This document shows positions 50,782 through 61,322 of a DNA stretch of 64,000 nt, piece after piece. The stretch is taken from the NCBI GenBank assembly GCA_964441025.1, contig CAYTXG010000010.1, positions 3,301-67,300 on the forward strand. Reading direction: 5' to 3'. The number at the start of each line of letters is the position of its first letter. Positions within the stretch are counted from its first letter, which is position 1. The translations under genes were made by a program, and so were the position numbers. The DNA is from an uncultured Syntrophomonadaceae bacterium. GTDB lineage: Bacteria > Bacillota > Dethiobacteria > DTU022. Under the pieces are notes generated by a model, which was not told where the DNA came from, did no database searches, and saw only the letters and a program-made list of their open reading frames with translations.

Positions 50782-50907
50782 AGTCCTCCCTGTACAGATG
50801 ATATTTCCAGAGGCAACAGCCGAAAACAGCGCTGCCGCCCTATAGCTCTATTTCGTCTTCAAGATCAAATAACCCTTTCTGCCGGCCGGCGAGCCGGCGA
50901 GCCAACA

Positions 50908-50936
50908 TGAGTCAAGGGGACGTTGACTTTGACTCA
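50908..50936. repeat. REP-like element (variant with GTTGAC)
   Basis: Direct reading; in the divergent intergenic region. Confidence 0.85.
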
Positions 50937-51132
50937 CTCCAGATACGGGGGGAGGGGGGCGGGAGCTCCGGCGATCGCCGCCCCGGCAGCTCCGGAGAGC
51001 CCGAAACATTAAGGGAACCTTTGCCATTCCCCGAAGGGGGGGTAGCAGCAGGAATCAGCCGCCCCAAAAGCCAAATCATAATCCAGCGCTGCTGCGCCCG
51101 CAGCGGCAGATCAAAACCGGAAAGGTGAAACC

Positions 51133-52413
51133 ATGACTGAAATGTTCATCGCTGATTTTCACATTCACTCAAAATACTCCCTGGCTACCAGTAAAGATAC
51201 AACTCCCGAAATACTGGATCTCTGGGCCAGGCGCAAGGGGATTGCTGTCGTCGGCACCGGCGATTTTACCCATCCTGCCTGGCGCCAGGAACTGGCTGAC
51301 AAACTACTTACGGCGGCAGAAGGTCTTTACACCCTGAAAGACAGCTGTCGCATTGAAGACCCCATTGCCGGATCTGCTTTACGGCCCCACTTTATCATTT
51401 CGGGTGAGATCAGCACCATCTACAAAAAGGGCGGCAGGGTGCGGAAGGTGCACCACCTGATTCTGCTGCCCGGCCTGGAGCAGGCCGCCTCCATTGCACG
51501 GCGCCTGGAGCGCATCGGCAACTTGCATTCCAACGGCAGGCCCATCCTGGGCCTGGACAGCCGGGAACTGCTGGCCATAGTCCTCGACCTCTGCCCGGAA
51601 GCTGTCTTGATCCCGGCTCACATCTGGACCCCCTATTTCTCGCTGCACGGCGCCTACTCCGGTTTCGACGACATTGAAGAGTGTTTTGGAGATCTGACGG
51701 GCCATATCCATGCGCTGGAGACAGGGCTTTCCTCGGATCCGCCCATGAACTGGCGGCTCTCCGCCCTGGACCGCTTTACCCTTGTCTCCAATTCCGATGC
51801 TCATTCCCCGGCAAAACTGGGTCGGGAGGCGAACATCTTCAGTACGGAGCTCTCCTACGGGCATATCCGACGCGCCCTGGAAAACAAGGAAAGCGGGGGT
51901 TTCCACGGCACCATCGAGTTCTTCCCCGAGCAGGGCAAATACCATTACGACGGGCACAGAAAGTGCAAGGTGTGCTTCAAGCCCTCAGAGACAATAGAGG
52001 CAGGCTGCATCTGCCCCCTTTGCGGCGGCCGCATTACCACCGGGGTCCTGCACCGCGTGGAGGCGCTGGCCGACCGGGACGAGGGCTTTATCCCCGCTGC
52101 GAAAAAACATTTTGAAAGCCTGGTGCCCCTGATTGATGTGATCAAAGCCTCCACCGGCTTTGGCACCGCCTGCAAGAAGGTCATGGACAGATACCATGAG
52201 CTGCTGCGTGAACTAGGCCCGGAGCTCTTCATCCTGCGACGGGCTCCGCTGAAGGAGATCGAGCGCATCGCCGGCGCACGCACCGCCGTCGGCATCAGCC
52301 GGCTGAGGAGCGGACAGCTGAAGATAGAGCCGGGTTATGACGGGGCCTACGGCAAGATCAATCTTGTGGATAAGGATGAGGGCAAAACCCGCCCGGGCAG
52401 GACGCACCGCTGA
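51133..52413 (+). CDS. PHP-domain protein with internal zinc finger, endonuclease Q-like (TIGR00375-type)
   Basis: N-terminal PHP motif DFHIHSKYS and a central C-x-C...C-x2-C zinc ribbon (CICPLCGG). Its ~420-aa size matches EndoQ. Confidence 0.5.
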   Translation: MTEMFIADFHIHSKYSLATSKDTTPEILDLWARRKGIAVVGTGDFTHPAWRQELADKLLTAAEGLYTLKDSCRIEDPIAGSALRPHFIISGEISTIYKKGGRVRKVHHLILLPGLEQAASIARRLERIGNLHSNGRPILGLDSRELLAIVLDLCPEAVLIPAHIWTPYFSLHGAYSGFDDIEECFGDLTGHIHALETGLSSDPPMNWRLSALDRFTLVSNSDAHSPAKLGREANIFSTELSYGHIRRALENKESGGFHGTIEFFPEQGKYHYDGHRKCKVCFKPSETIEAGCICPLCGGRITTGVLHRVEALADRDEGFIPAAKKHFESLVPLIDVIKASTGFGTACKKVMDRYHELLRELGPELFILRRAPLKEIERIAGARTAVGISRLRSGQLKIEPGYDGAYGKINLVDKDEGKTRPGRTHR

Positions 52414-52944
52414 TATTCCAATATCCGGCGAGCAGCAAATTGAAGAAGAGCTCTTCCCGCCTACAGTTTTTCGCAGATGCCGCAGCAGGAAAGCAGTCCG
52501 CCGAAGACTCCCATGACACGGCCGTGTGTCCTGTTAATCCCCGGGTCAAGTCAAATCTCCGGCCATGTCGGCCGCCAGGAATACAGCGGAATGAAAAAGA
52601 CGGCCCTGTCGTATGGGCGGCCCGCTGTTCCCTTTGCCGTCCCCGTTGCTTCACAATTCATAATATTTGTACTATAATTTATAAGCAGAGCACAATTCCC
52701 CAGGTCAATTCTTCCTGCCTTCATATTTAGATCAGGGCAGCCGGATATGCCTGTCGCTGAAAAAATTCTTCCCTACCCCCCAACAGATTCTGCAATTGCA
52801 GGCAGGCGGTAAGGCGGGCAGGATCCTTGTGCAGCGACTGCTGCGCGCCACAAAATATGGGGCAAAGGGGGTGCCCGGCCCGGACAAAAAAATGTAATGT
52901 CGCCTTCCGGTTCATAAAAATAAAAACCGTAAGGAGGAGTCTGT

Positions 52945-54684
52945 ATGAGCAGGGTGGTAAGAGTGTACATGTCCGAGAAGAAAGTGGTTGTCGGGCCTCT
53001 GCCCGATAAATATGCCGGCAAGGGCGGGCGCTGGTTGACCTCGCTGATGGTCAGCGATGAGGTTCCTGCGGGCTGCCATCCCCTGGGGCCCAACAACAAG
53101 CTCATATTCGCCCCCGGTATCCTCAGCGGCACCAGTGCGCCCAACACCGGACGGATCTCGGTGGGGGGCAAGTCGCCGCTTACCGGGGGAATCAAGGAAT
53201 CCAACGCCGGCACCCCCTTCCCCCAGCAGCTGGCCCGCATGGGCTACGCAGCCCTGGTTGTGGAAGGGACCGCCGGCGACGACGGCCGTTGGCTGCTGAA
53301 GCTGGGCACAGACGGCGGCGAGCTGGTCCCCGCGGATGAGCTGAAATGGAAGGGAACCTACGAAGCAGCAGCCGCCCTAAAGGAAAGTTACGGGGCTAAA
53401 ACCGACTTCATGCTCATCGGCCCCGCCGGCGAGGCGAAGATGGCCATGGCCGGCATCGCCTTCAATGATAAAGAGGGGCGCCCCACCCGTTATGCCGGAC
53501 GCGGCGGGCTGGGTGCGGTTCTGGGCAGCAAGGGGCTGAAAGGCATCGTCCTCGACGGCGCCGGCGCACCCGGGATTAAGCCGGTAGATGAAGGCCTCTT
53601 CAAGGAGGGCCGGGAAAAGCTGGCCGATGCCATTCAGTCCCACGATGTGACCAAAAAGGGCGGCGCCCTGAACAGTTTCGGCACCGCGGTGCTGGTCAAC
53701 ATCCTCAACGAAGCCGGCGGCCTGCCCACCAGGAACTTCAGTTCCGGTGTCTTTGAAGGAGCTCAGGAGATCAGCGGCGAAGCCCTGGCCGAGGCGGCAA
53801 AGGAGCGGGGCGGCGCCGGAATGATGGGGCATACCTGCCATCCCGGCTGCCTCATCGGCTGCTCCAATGTCTACGCCCGGGAAGACGGCAGCGAGCATGT
53901 CTCCTGTATCGAATATGAGTCCAGCTGGGCTCTGGGGGCCAACTGCGGCATAGACAACCTTGACCACGTGGCCGAGCTGGTCCGGATGTGCAATGACTTC
54001 GGCATCGATACCATCGAGGCGGGTGTTACGCTGGGCGTGGCCATGGAGGCAGGGCTGGCGGAGTTCGGCGACGGTCCGGCGGCGATCAAGTTGCTCGGTG
54101 AGATCGGAGCCCGCACCCCCCTGGGCCATGTCCTGGGGCAGGGCGGCCATTTCACCGGAAAAGCCTACGGCGTGGTCCGGATCCCCACCGTTAAAGCCCA
54201 GGGGATGCCCGCTTATGACCCCCGGGCGGTTAAAGGCATCGGGGTAACTTACATGACCACGCCCATGGGGGCGGACCATACCGCCGGCTATACCATCGCC
54301 CCCGAGATTCTGGCGGTGGGCGGGCAGCAGGAGCCCCTTTCTACCAAAGACAAGGTGGCGCTTTCCAGGGCCTTCCAGGAAACCACCGCCTTTATCGATG
54401 CCACCGGCTACTGCCTTTTCATCGCCTTTCCCATTCTCGACATCCCCAGCGGTTTCGAAGGGGTTCTCCAGACCGTAAATGCCATGCTGGGGACCGGCTA
54501 CACCGGGGATGATGTGGGCGCCATCGGCAGGGAGATCCTGCAGATAGAGAAGGATTTCAACACCCGCGCCGGTATTACCGCGGCGGCGGATCGCCCGCCG
54601 GAATTCATGCGCTATGAAAAACTCCCGCCGCATAACCATGTCTTTGATATCACCGATGAGGAGCTGGACAGTTTCTGGAACTGA
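52945..54684 (+). CDS. aor: Aldehyde:ferredoxin oxidoreductase (tungsten/molybdopterin AOR family)
   Basis: N-terminal AOR domain (GGRWLTS...GPNNKLIFAPGILSGT) and a C-terminal domain with the Fe-S Cys ligands. RBS AGGAGG. Confidence 0.85.
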   Translation: MSRVVRVYMSEKKVVVGPLPDKYAGKGGRWLTSLMVSDEVPAGCHPLGPNNKLIFAPGILSGTSAPNTGRISVGGKSPLTGGIKESNAGTPFPQQLARMGYAALVVEGTAGDDGRWLLKLGTDGGELVPADELKWKGTYEAAAALKESYGAKTDFMLIGPAGEAKMAMAGIAFNDKEGRPTRYAGRGGLGAVLGSKGLKGIVLDGAGAPGIKPVDEGLFKEGREKLADAIQSHDVTKKGGALNSFGTAVLVNILNEAGGLPTRNFSSGVFEGAQEISGEALAEAAKERGGAGMMGHTCHPGCLIGCSNVYAREDGSEHVSCIEYESSWALGANCGIDNLDHVAELVRMCNDFGIDTIEAGVTLGVAMEAGLAEFGDGPAAIKLLGEIGARTPLGHVLGQGGHFTGKAYGVVRIPTVKAQGMPAYDPRAVKGIGVTYMTTPMGADHTAGYTIAPEILAVGGQQEPLSTKDKVALSRAFQETTAFIDATGYCLFIAFPILDIPSGFEGVLQTVNAMLGTGYTGDDVGAIGREILQIEKDFNTRAGITAAADRPPEFMRYEKLPPHNHVFDITDEELDSFWN

Positions 54685-54692
54685 TCAAAGTG

Positions 54693-54923
54693 ATGGTGGT
54701 CCTCTATGCCAACCTGGGAGAATACCATCCGCAGGGCAAGGGAAGTGAACCCTTTGCCCTTTACCTGCCCGGCGGCTCCACGGTCGACGACCTGCTGGCA
54801 AAGCTGGATCTGGTTCGGGGCGAGGCCAAACTGGTATTTGTGGAACATGCGGCGCGCCGCGGGGATTATATCCTGCAGGACGGCAGCAAGGCGGCAGTCT
54901 TTCCGCCCATCGCCGGTGGATAA
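54693..54923 (+). CDS. MoaD/ThiS-family sulfur-carrier protein (C-terminal Gly-Gly)
   Basis: 76-aa beta-grasp protein ending in ...PPIAGG. It is immediately downstream of aor. Confidence 0.7.
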   Translation: MVVLYANLGEYHPQGKGSEPFALYLPGGSTVDDLLAKLDLVRGEAKLVFVEHAARRGDYILQDGSKAAVFPPIAGG

Positions 54924-55014
54924 TGGCCGCCTGCGCAGCGCAGTTCATGGTGCGGCTAACTCGGCGGCAGCTTTCTATCTCTTTCCGCATGCGGCAGGGC
55001 GGCCCGGCCAAGGC

Positions 55015-55299
55015 CTACTCCTCTTTTGCAGCATAAAAACCCAGGTTGAAGCGGTGAATGCTGGGAATACCGGGTGGCACAAAAGCCACCCGGTCCCCTT
55101 TTTTCAACGGGGTGGAAAAGGGGCGGATCGAGTGGTTTACAAAGACCGCCTCAACATCTGCAGGAGGGAGCGCAAGTTTGTCGCGCAGCTCCCCGGCGGT
55201 TAAAGGAGTCTCCAGATCACAGGTGCCGGGATTGGGCCAGCCCCTTTCTTTGAACAGCATGGACAACTTCCCGAAGGCCCTGATTTCAATACCCGTCAT
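55015..55299 (-). CDS. MoaD/ThiS-like beta-grasp protein with a C-terminal extension beyond the usual Gly-Gly position
   Basis: Start ATG 55299, preceded by AGGAGG with a 9-nt spacer. It has the ...GDRVAFVPPG motif like MoaD but continues IPSIHRFNLGFYAAKEE. Confidence 0.55.
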   Translation of the reverse strand: MTGIEIRAFGKLSMLFKERGWPNPGTCDLETPLTAGELRDKLALPPADVEAVFVNHSIRPFSTPLKKGDRVAFVPPGIPSIHRFNLGFYAAKEE

Positions 55300-55775
55300 T
55301 ATGCTTAACCTCCTGATCCGGGCTTGCCCTGGACAGGGAGGAGGGACTCCTGCCCCGGCCCAGATATCCTTTCTTAAAAAAACCTCCAGGGAATACATTT
55401 TCTTTTTTCTCATATAGATTCCTTTAAACCGAAGTTCAGGGTGACCCCGATGTCTCTCAGGAGGTTACCTGGTCGGTGAGTGGAGCTTCAAGTGAGGATA
55501 CCCAGGTTGCCGCCAATGGCAATTTCGGTGTGGGGCGATGGCAAGTCTTAACTCGGTTTTTGCCAAAGTAGAGATATAACAACTTCAGGAATCACGTACA
55601 TTTACTGTTTTATGGTTGCCCCCTTTCACTTTTATAGTTAGAATAGGGTCAAAGGGCAGACAAATTCAGGTTATGCCCTAAATAACACTACCAGCCAAAC
55701 GCTGCAGCAATTTCTTCCGTATATACTTCAATTCTGTTTCGATCAACTTGCTAATTCCTGACGGAGGGACGACCA

Positions 55776-57887
55776 TTGTCCGGACTATTACTTTCCGACG
55801 AATTCAAGGCCACCCTCGATGATTGCCCGCAGGAACTGAGAAGCCGGGTCATGGATGCCATCCAGAGGCTGAGAGTGGATCCGGGACACCCCGGGCTCAA
55901 GGCCCACCGCATCAAGAACACCCCGGGCAAGTGGGAATGCTATGTGAACCAGGGCTGGCGGATTATCTATGACCGGGAGGGAGACATGCTACGCCTCTGG
56001 AGACTGGGCGATCACCGCATCATCGACCGGGCCCACCTCAGCGTTTTCTCACCGCAAACCGCTTTCAGCAGGCTGGAAGCGGGGTATACAGACGAAGCAG
56101 AAGCTGAGACCGCTGCCGCCGCAAGCAATAGCGGTGCATTACTTGTTCCACCGGCGCCTGAAGAAGAGGCGGACAACCCCTTTGTTCTCTTTTCCGCCAC
56201 CCACCTGCGCTTCCTGGGGGTACCCACTCACCTGGTAAAAAAGGTACAGCGAACCCGTCGTCTCGAAGATCTGGAGCGGATCGAGGGCCTGCCCCCGCAG
56301 AGCCTTGCCTGGATGCTGGACCTGGCCACCGATTGCGGGATGGAGCACGTTCTCTACAACCCCGACAGCCTTCTCTTTCGCACCACACTGGACCGGCTTC
56401 GGGGCTACTGCCGCGGCAGCCTGAAAAAGCTGATGCTCAACCTCGATCCGGAGCAAGCCCGCTATGTTGAATCCCGCCATGCCGGCGCCATGGTCCTGCG
56501 CGGCTGCGCCGGCTCGGGCAAGACCACCGTGGGCATTTACCGCGCCATCGAGCGGGCCGCCAAAGGCCGCCGGGTTCTTTTACTTACCTTTACCCGGACT
56601 CTGACCAGTGTCAACAAGACCCTCATTGAAGAGCTTATCGGCCCGCTGCCGGACAACCTGCAGGTAGACAGGATTATGAACTGGCTTGTCGAGTACCTGA
56701 AACAAGAACAGGGGTTTCAGGCAGACATAGTGGACGGCGCCCCGCAAAGTGAACTCTTGGAAAACGCGCTCCATCGGGCCAGGGAGATTTCAGGAAAAGA
56801 TTTTCCCGACCTTGTCCTGGATTTTTTAAATACCGAAATCCAGCAAGTGATCAAGGGAAATGGCATCGATACCCTGGAGCAATACCTGCAGGTGCGCCGT
56901 TTCGGGCGTAACACGCCCTTGACGCCGCGATACCGCAGGGCGGTCTGGTCTGTCTACACCTGTTACCAGGAGATGCTCGAAGAGGAGGGTCTCTGCGACT
57001 GGAGCGACATCCCCCTGCTGGGGCTGAAAAAACTCACCGAAACCCCCCTTGACGATCCCTACGATGATGTCATCCTCGACGAAGGCCAGGATCTAAGCCC
57101 CGTCCAGCTGCGCCTGACCAGGGCGCTGATCAAAGGCGCCGATCCCCGCTCCCGCCGCAGCTACATGGTCATGGCCGATGCCTCCCAGACCATCTACAGC
57201 CGCGGCTTCTCCTGGAAAGAGGCGGGCATTGAAGCGGTGGGCCGCACCTCCATATTACGCAAAAACTTTCGCAATACCAGGCAGGTAGCAGCAGCAGCCG
57301 CCCGCCTTCTCGAACATAATACGTTCCTAGAAAAGGAGCGCGAATTTATAGAGCCCATCTGGTCCCACCGCATCGGGGCCCGCCCCCGGGTGGTGACCTG
57401 TGATCTGACGGAGCGAGAGCTGCGCTTTGTCTGCGAAGAGGTGCTGGACCTTGTCGGTGGCGGCCATTTCCGACTCTCCGACTTCGCCGTGCTCTGCCCC
57501 ACCAACAAACTGTGTGAGCAGTACCGGGACGAGTTGAACAGACGTGGCATTCCCTGCGTTTTTCACAAGGACAGGACTTTCAACATCCTGGAGGAGACGG
57601 TCAAGGTAATGACCATCCATTCCTCCAAGGGGATCGAATTTCCCGTGGTCTTCGTGGCCGGTGTGCGCAGCGGACTGCTTCCCCGGCGTATTAACCGTTC
57701 CGGCCTTGACAAAGAAGAGGCACAGCTGGACCGTGAGCGCTTCCGCACCCTGCTCTACGTGGCCATGACCCGCGCCGCGGAGAACCTCTTCCTGATCACT
57801 ACCACCGGTAAAGAGTCGCCTTTCATCAAAGAGATTGCCGGCTTCGTTGACCGCGAAGAGTACTGCGGACCGGAATATACTGGATAA
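55776..57887 (+). CDS. RelE/ParE-fold domain fused to UvrD-like superfamily-1 helicase
   Basis: TTG start after GGAGGG. Residues 1-90 carry a RelE/ParE-like signature (PGKWECYVNQGWRIIYDREGDMLRLWRLGDHRII). Helicase motifs I (GCAGSGKTT), II (ILDEGQDLS), V/VI (TIHSSKGIEFPVVFV, YVAMTRAAENLFL) follow. Confidence 0.75.
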   Translation: MSGLLLSDEFKATLDDCPQELRSRVMDAIQRLRVDPGHPGLKAHRIKNTPGKWECYVNQGWRIIYDREGDMLRLWRLGDHRIIDRAHLSVFSPQTAFSRLEAGYTDEAEAETAAAASNSGALLVPPAPEEEADNPFVLFSATHLRFLGVPTHLVKKVQRTRRLEDLERIEGLPPQSLAWMLDLATDCGMEHVLYNPDSLLFRTTLDRLRGYCRGSLKKLMLNLDPEQARYVESRHAGAMVLRGCAGSGKTTVGIYRAIERAAKGRRVLLLTFTRTLTSVNKTLIEELIGPLPDNLQVDRIMNWLVEYLKQEQGFQADIVDGAPQSELLENALHRAREISGKDFPDLVLDFLNTEIQQVIKGNGIDTLEQYLQVRRFGRNTPLTPRYRRAVWSVYTCYQEMLEEEGLCDWSDIPLLGLKKLTETPLDDPYDDVILDEGQDLSPVQLRLTRALIKGADPRSRRSYMVMADASQTIYSRGFSWKEAGIEAVGRTSILRKNFRNTRQVAAAAARLLEHNTFLEKEREFIEPIWSHRIGARPRVVTCDLTERELRFVCEEVLDLVGGGHFRLSDFAVLCPTNKLCEQYRDELNRRGIPCVFHKDRTFNILEETVKVMTIHSSKGIEFPVVFVAGVRSGLLPRRINRSGLDKEEAQLDRERFRTLLYVAMTRAAENLFLITTTGKESPFIKEIAGFVDREEYCGPEYTG
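57738..57872 (+). repeat. Left copy of 135-bp direct repeat (3' end of helicase gene)
   Basis: Identical to 62140-62274 apart from 3 mismatches. Confidence 0.9.
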
Positions 57888-58096
57888 CGGAAGGCAGATT
57901 TAACCCTAATTGCTCAGAACTTCTAGGGTATCTGTCCCCGCCAGCCCACTTTCTTCTGATCCCATTTTCACACAGTCAACTTCTAAAGGGTTTTCTTTTG
58001 GCGTCAACGCCATCGAGCAGGACCCTAGGGAATAGTATATAATTGCAGGTTTAAAACACTTACTGATCCTATCTAATCCTAATTCCAGTTGTAGTT

Positions 58097-61000
58097 TTAA
58101 GATCTTGGGAATAAGGGTCTAAATGATTTCATTCTTTTTCCTGTCTTATAAAGGATAGGTAGGGAATTATTAGGACAATTCTCTTCAAAGACAACTAGTG
58201 CTTGTGTATCACCAAACCCTAGGGGTGCACGTGGCTCAAGTCTTTCTCCAAAAGATTGCGCAATTTCTTTTGCTGTATTACGCTCTACTTTAGATGACCA
58301 GATAATTGATGTATCCGAAAATGCTTTATCTGAATCCTTTAATTCATCAGCGCAGACAACGCGAGCGGAAGAAGAAAAACCTTGTTCCATTTCTTTTTCA
58401 ACCTTCATTAAGCCAACTTCCGTTCCGACAACAGCTACATACCACAGTTTTATTCCTTGATCATTAATTGCGCTAGGCAAGTCAGGGTATTTTGTTCTCA
58501 ATTTTCTTAAGAGTCCAGTGGCAGTTTTACCTGTACCAATAAAATCGTCAACAAATACCAGTGCAGCAATTTGTTTATCTTTAATAATGCGCTCGTAAAT
58601 TCCGTCTGGATTAATGCAATTATTGCGATAAATGTTATTTTCTTGTCTGTAAAGACGTGCCATAGTTGGGCCACTACTACCAGGTAGACCTAAATAGCTA
58701 ATTAAAATATCTCGGCGGCTTCTTTGCCCCTCTTCTATTTTGGTTACTATGCTTCTTTTTACTGATCTATGAGCCTGAAGGAACCTCTCTTTTACGATGT
58801 CATGCGAATAAAATTTTAAGTGCTGTAGCAACTTCAGCACTAATCTTTGATCTGTCGGATTTCCAAATTGCTTAATCCAGTCTCGCACTTCAGACTCTGT
58901 TCGCTTGCGAGATTGGTAAGGGCCCCATCTCTCAACCAACTCTCTTATTTCTGTACCTGTTATTGATTTTGATCGTTCATTGTCTAATTTCTCAGCTAAC
59001 TGGAGTTCCGAAGCGACCATGGCAGTTAGGTCCAAGTATCCCCGCTCTTTTAGCCATTCCTGAAATAGCCTGACCCGAAACCAATATTGTTCGTTATTGG
59101 AGATTATAATTCTTCGATCCTGAAAACCTCGCAATTGTCGTTCTGTATCTTGTGTCGTACATCGATAATGTAAAGCTCTTTCGATCAGCTGATCCTTTAT
59201 AATATAGCCCTCATTTAGCCGAAGGATATCAGCTGCAGCAAGAAGAAATCGGACACGCTCCGATCGTTTGGTAATGAATTCACTATCATCTAAATAAATT
59301 AGTCCATCGTCCCAATAATGGGCAAAACTATTCGCTTCAACCTCATTCAACGTACGACGTATACCTTCATGCACTTCCTCCTTTGTAATATGCGCATCAC
59401 GTCGTTCAATCATCAACTGAGCTAGCCGATTTGCAATTTCTTTAAGGAAATAGGGGTTACCAGCTGAATACTCCCATAACAACTCTATTGCCCTATCCGA
59501 AAATTCAAGCGGTGCACCCGGCCGGCGGACTAGTTCCAGAAAGGCATCCCATTCTTTATCCCGATCAAAGTAATCTATCCGTTCCGGGCGGTACATGTTT
59601 AAGCGCATGCCTTGGTCCCTAATTATAACCGGAATGCGTTCACCACCTACGAGTAGCACCCCCGATATTTTGTTTTCCCGCTAAACCCTTACCAAGGGTT
59701 TGGAAAAATGCGTCGGCTGTCCCACGGGCTTTATACAGTTCTACTGGCAGTTCATCGAACTCGTCAAGAATTATTATAAATTTATGCATTGGCTCAATTA
59801 TTGTTGCTTGTTCAAGGAACTCACTTAAAGGTGCTAGCGTTCCCATTGGATCCCGAATAGGTATACTAGCCAGTGCGGGTGTAATTCTCATTTGTTCGAT
59901 AAGGCGCAGGCACATCCTATTAATGGTATCTTCTGCAGTAACATCTCGAATTGTTTCTAAATATGCTACGCAGATTTGCTTATTATCTACGAGCCTTGCT
60001 GTAAGGGCTTTCGCAACAGAAGTTTTCCCAACGCGCTTTTGCCCCCATAAATATATAGAGCCAGGATTTGATCTAGAAAAAGTCGAGCTTAACCGTTTTA
60101 ATAACCGATCCCTGCCAACAAAGTCTTCCCCTATCGCTACCTCTAACGCGTAAGGCTGTTTTGACTCAAGTGCTTCCCAATCAATATTAGGATCCTGGCT
60201 TAGGATTTCAAGTTCAGTGGTAGAAGAATCAACGCTGTTATCGAAATTAGTCCACGAAGCAGTAACATGTAGAAAGGCTGATTCCCTTGATGCTATTACA
60301 GTAGCATTAGCATAGACTACACGGCTTTCATTTGCTTGCAAGTTACCCACAGGCAGATTTGTTATACAATGGATTGCTTGTTTTATTCCTTCAACAGTGA
60401 GGTGACAATTAAACGCTTTTCCTGTTCCATTATTCGACACCCGTATTCTTATAACCAGATCGGTTCCTACTAAATGAAGGGGGTACTTTTTAGGTTCCAA
60501 GTTCATTACAAGTCGAGCTGGATCGGTCAACCTTAGGTCCTTCATCTGGGCGCCAACCGCATCTTTAGCGGATCGAATTAGTTGTCCTAGGTGTTTAGCA
60601 TATTTTGTTGGAATTCTCAGCAGTACTTCAAGACAAGAATCGCACGCTTCAATCGAAGTATAGTACTCATCTAGAGCTTGAACTCCCTTGGCTTCGCTAA
60701 ATGCCTCGATTGCAGAGAAAGCGTTCTTTATGGCGTTGTTGACTGCTTGGCGTTCCATAAACGTAAACAGAAGACCAGCATTTGTTCTGGAATTTAAGCT
60801 GTTGAGAACCTGTCTAGTAAAATCTTTAAACACCGCAAGGCCGCAGAATTGGGTGGTTTCAAAAAATATCTTTTCAATTTGCGGCACTATACTACTTAGC
60901 TTTGATTCAACATCATGTGATTGTCTAGAAAAGTCTATTGAGTATACTTTTTTTAGCTCGTTGCCAAGTTCACGTTCGATAAAAGCAATGAATTTTGGGC

Positions 61001-61322
61001 GGAGATGTGCTGGTTTGGCCGGAAAAGAGCCATGGGATCCTAAATATCTTAGAAGTACCCATGATACAAGGCGCCTGTCACCCGGACTTATTTTATCCGA
61101 AACAAGCCCTGCGACCCCCTCTTCTCTATAAATATCCGAACCGTGAGGTAATACACGCAAAATATCTTTAGCAAATTTTGTAAATAATGATGTTTTACGA
61201 CTATCACTTGTTACTGATTGTTCTACTACCTGATCGGTTAGGTAACGTACATCGTCGTCTGATGATCCAGCAATGGACGGGCTTAAGGAACCTGCCCTAG
61301 CCTGTCCTTGAAAGTGGGTCAT
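58097..61322 (-). pseudogene. Frameshifted gene for a ~1075-aa protein: N-terminal unknown domain + Arch_ATPase/STAND-like P-loop NTPase + C-terminal phosphoribosyltransferase (PRTase)-like domain
   Basis: Two ORFs (59640-61322 and 58097-59659) overlap by 20 nt at a C5/G5 homopolymer. Walker A (GQKRVGKTSVAKAL) and Walker B (FIIILDEFDEL) are in the upstream ORF. The rest of the same ATPase fold (EYSAGNPYFLKEI) is in the downstream ORF. The C-terminus carries a PRPP-loop-like motif (ALVFVDDFIGTGKTATG). The whole region is low GC. Confidence 0.6.

Noticed and set aside
2733-50936. Identical 29-bp repeats as a possible CRISPR array
   Set aside because: The copies are kilobases apart with whole genes between them and occur in both orientations. 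They are palindromic and often overlap stop codons. They are dispersed REP-type elements, not a spacer-repeat array. No cas genes are present.
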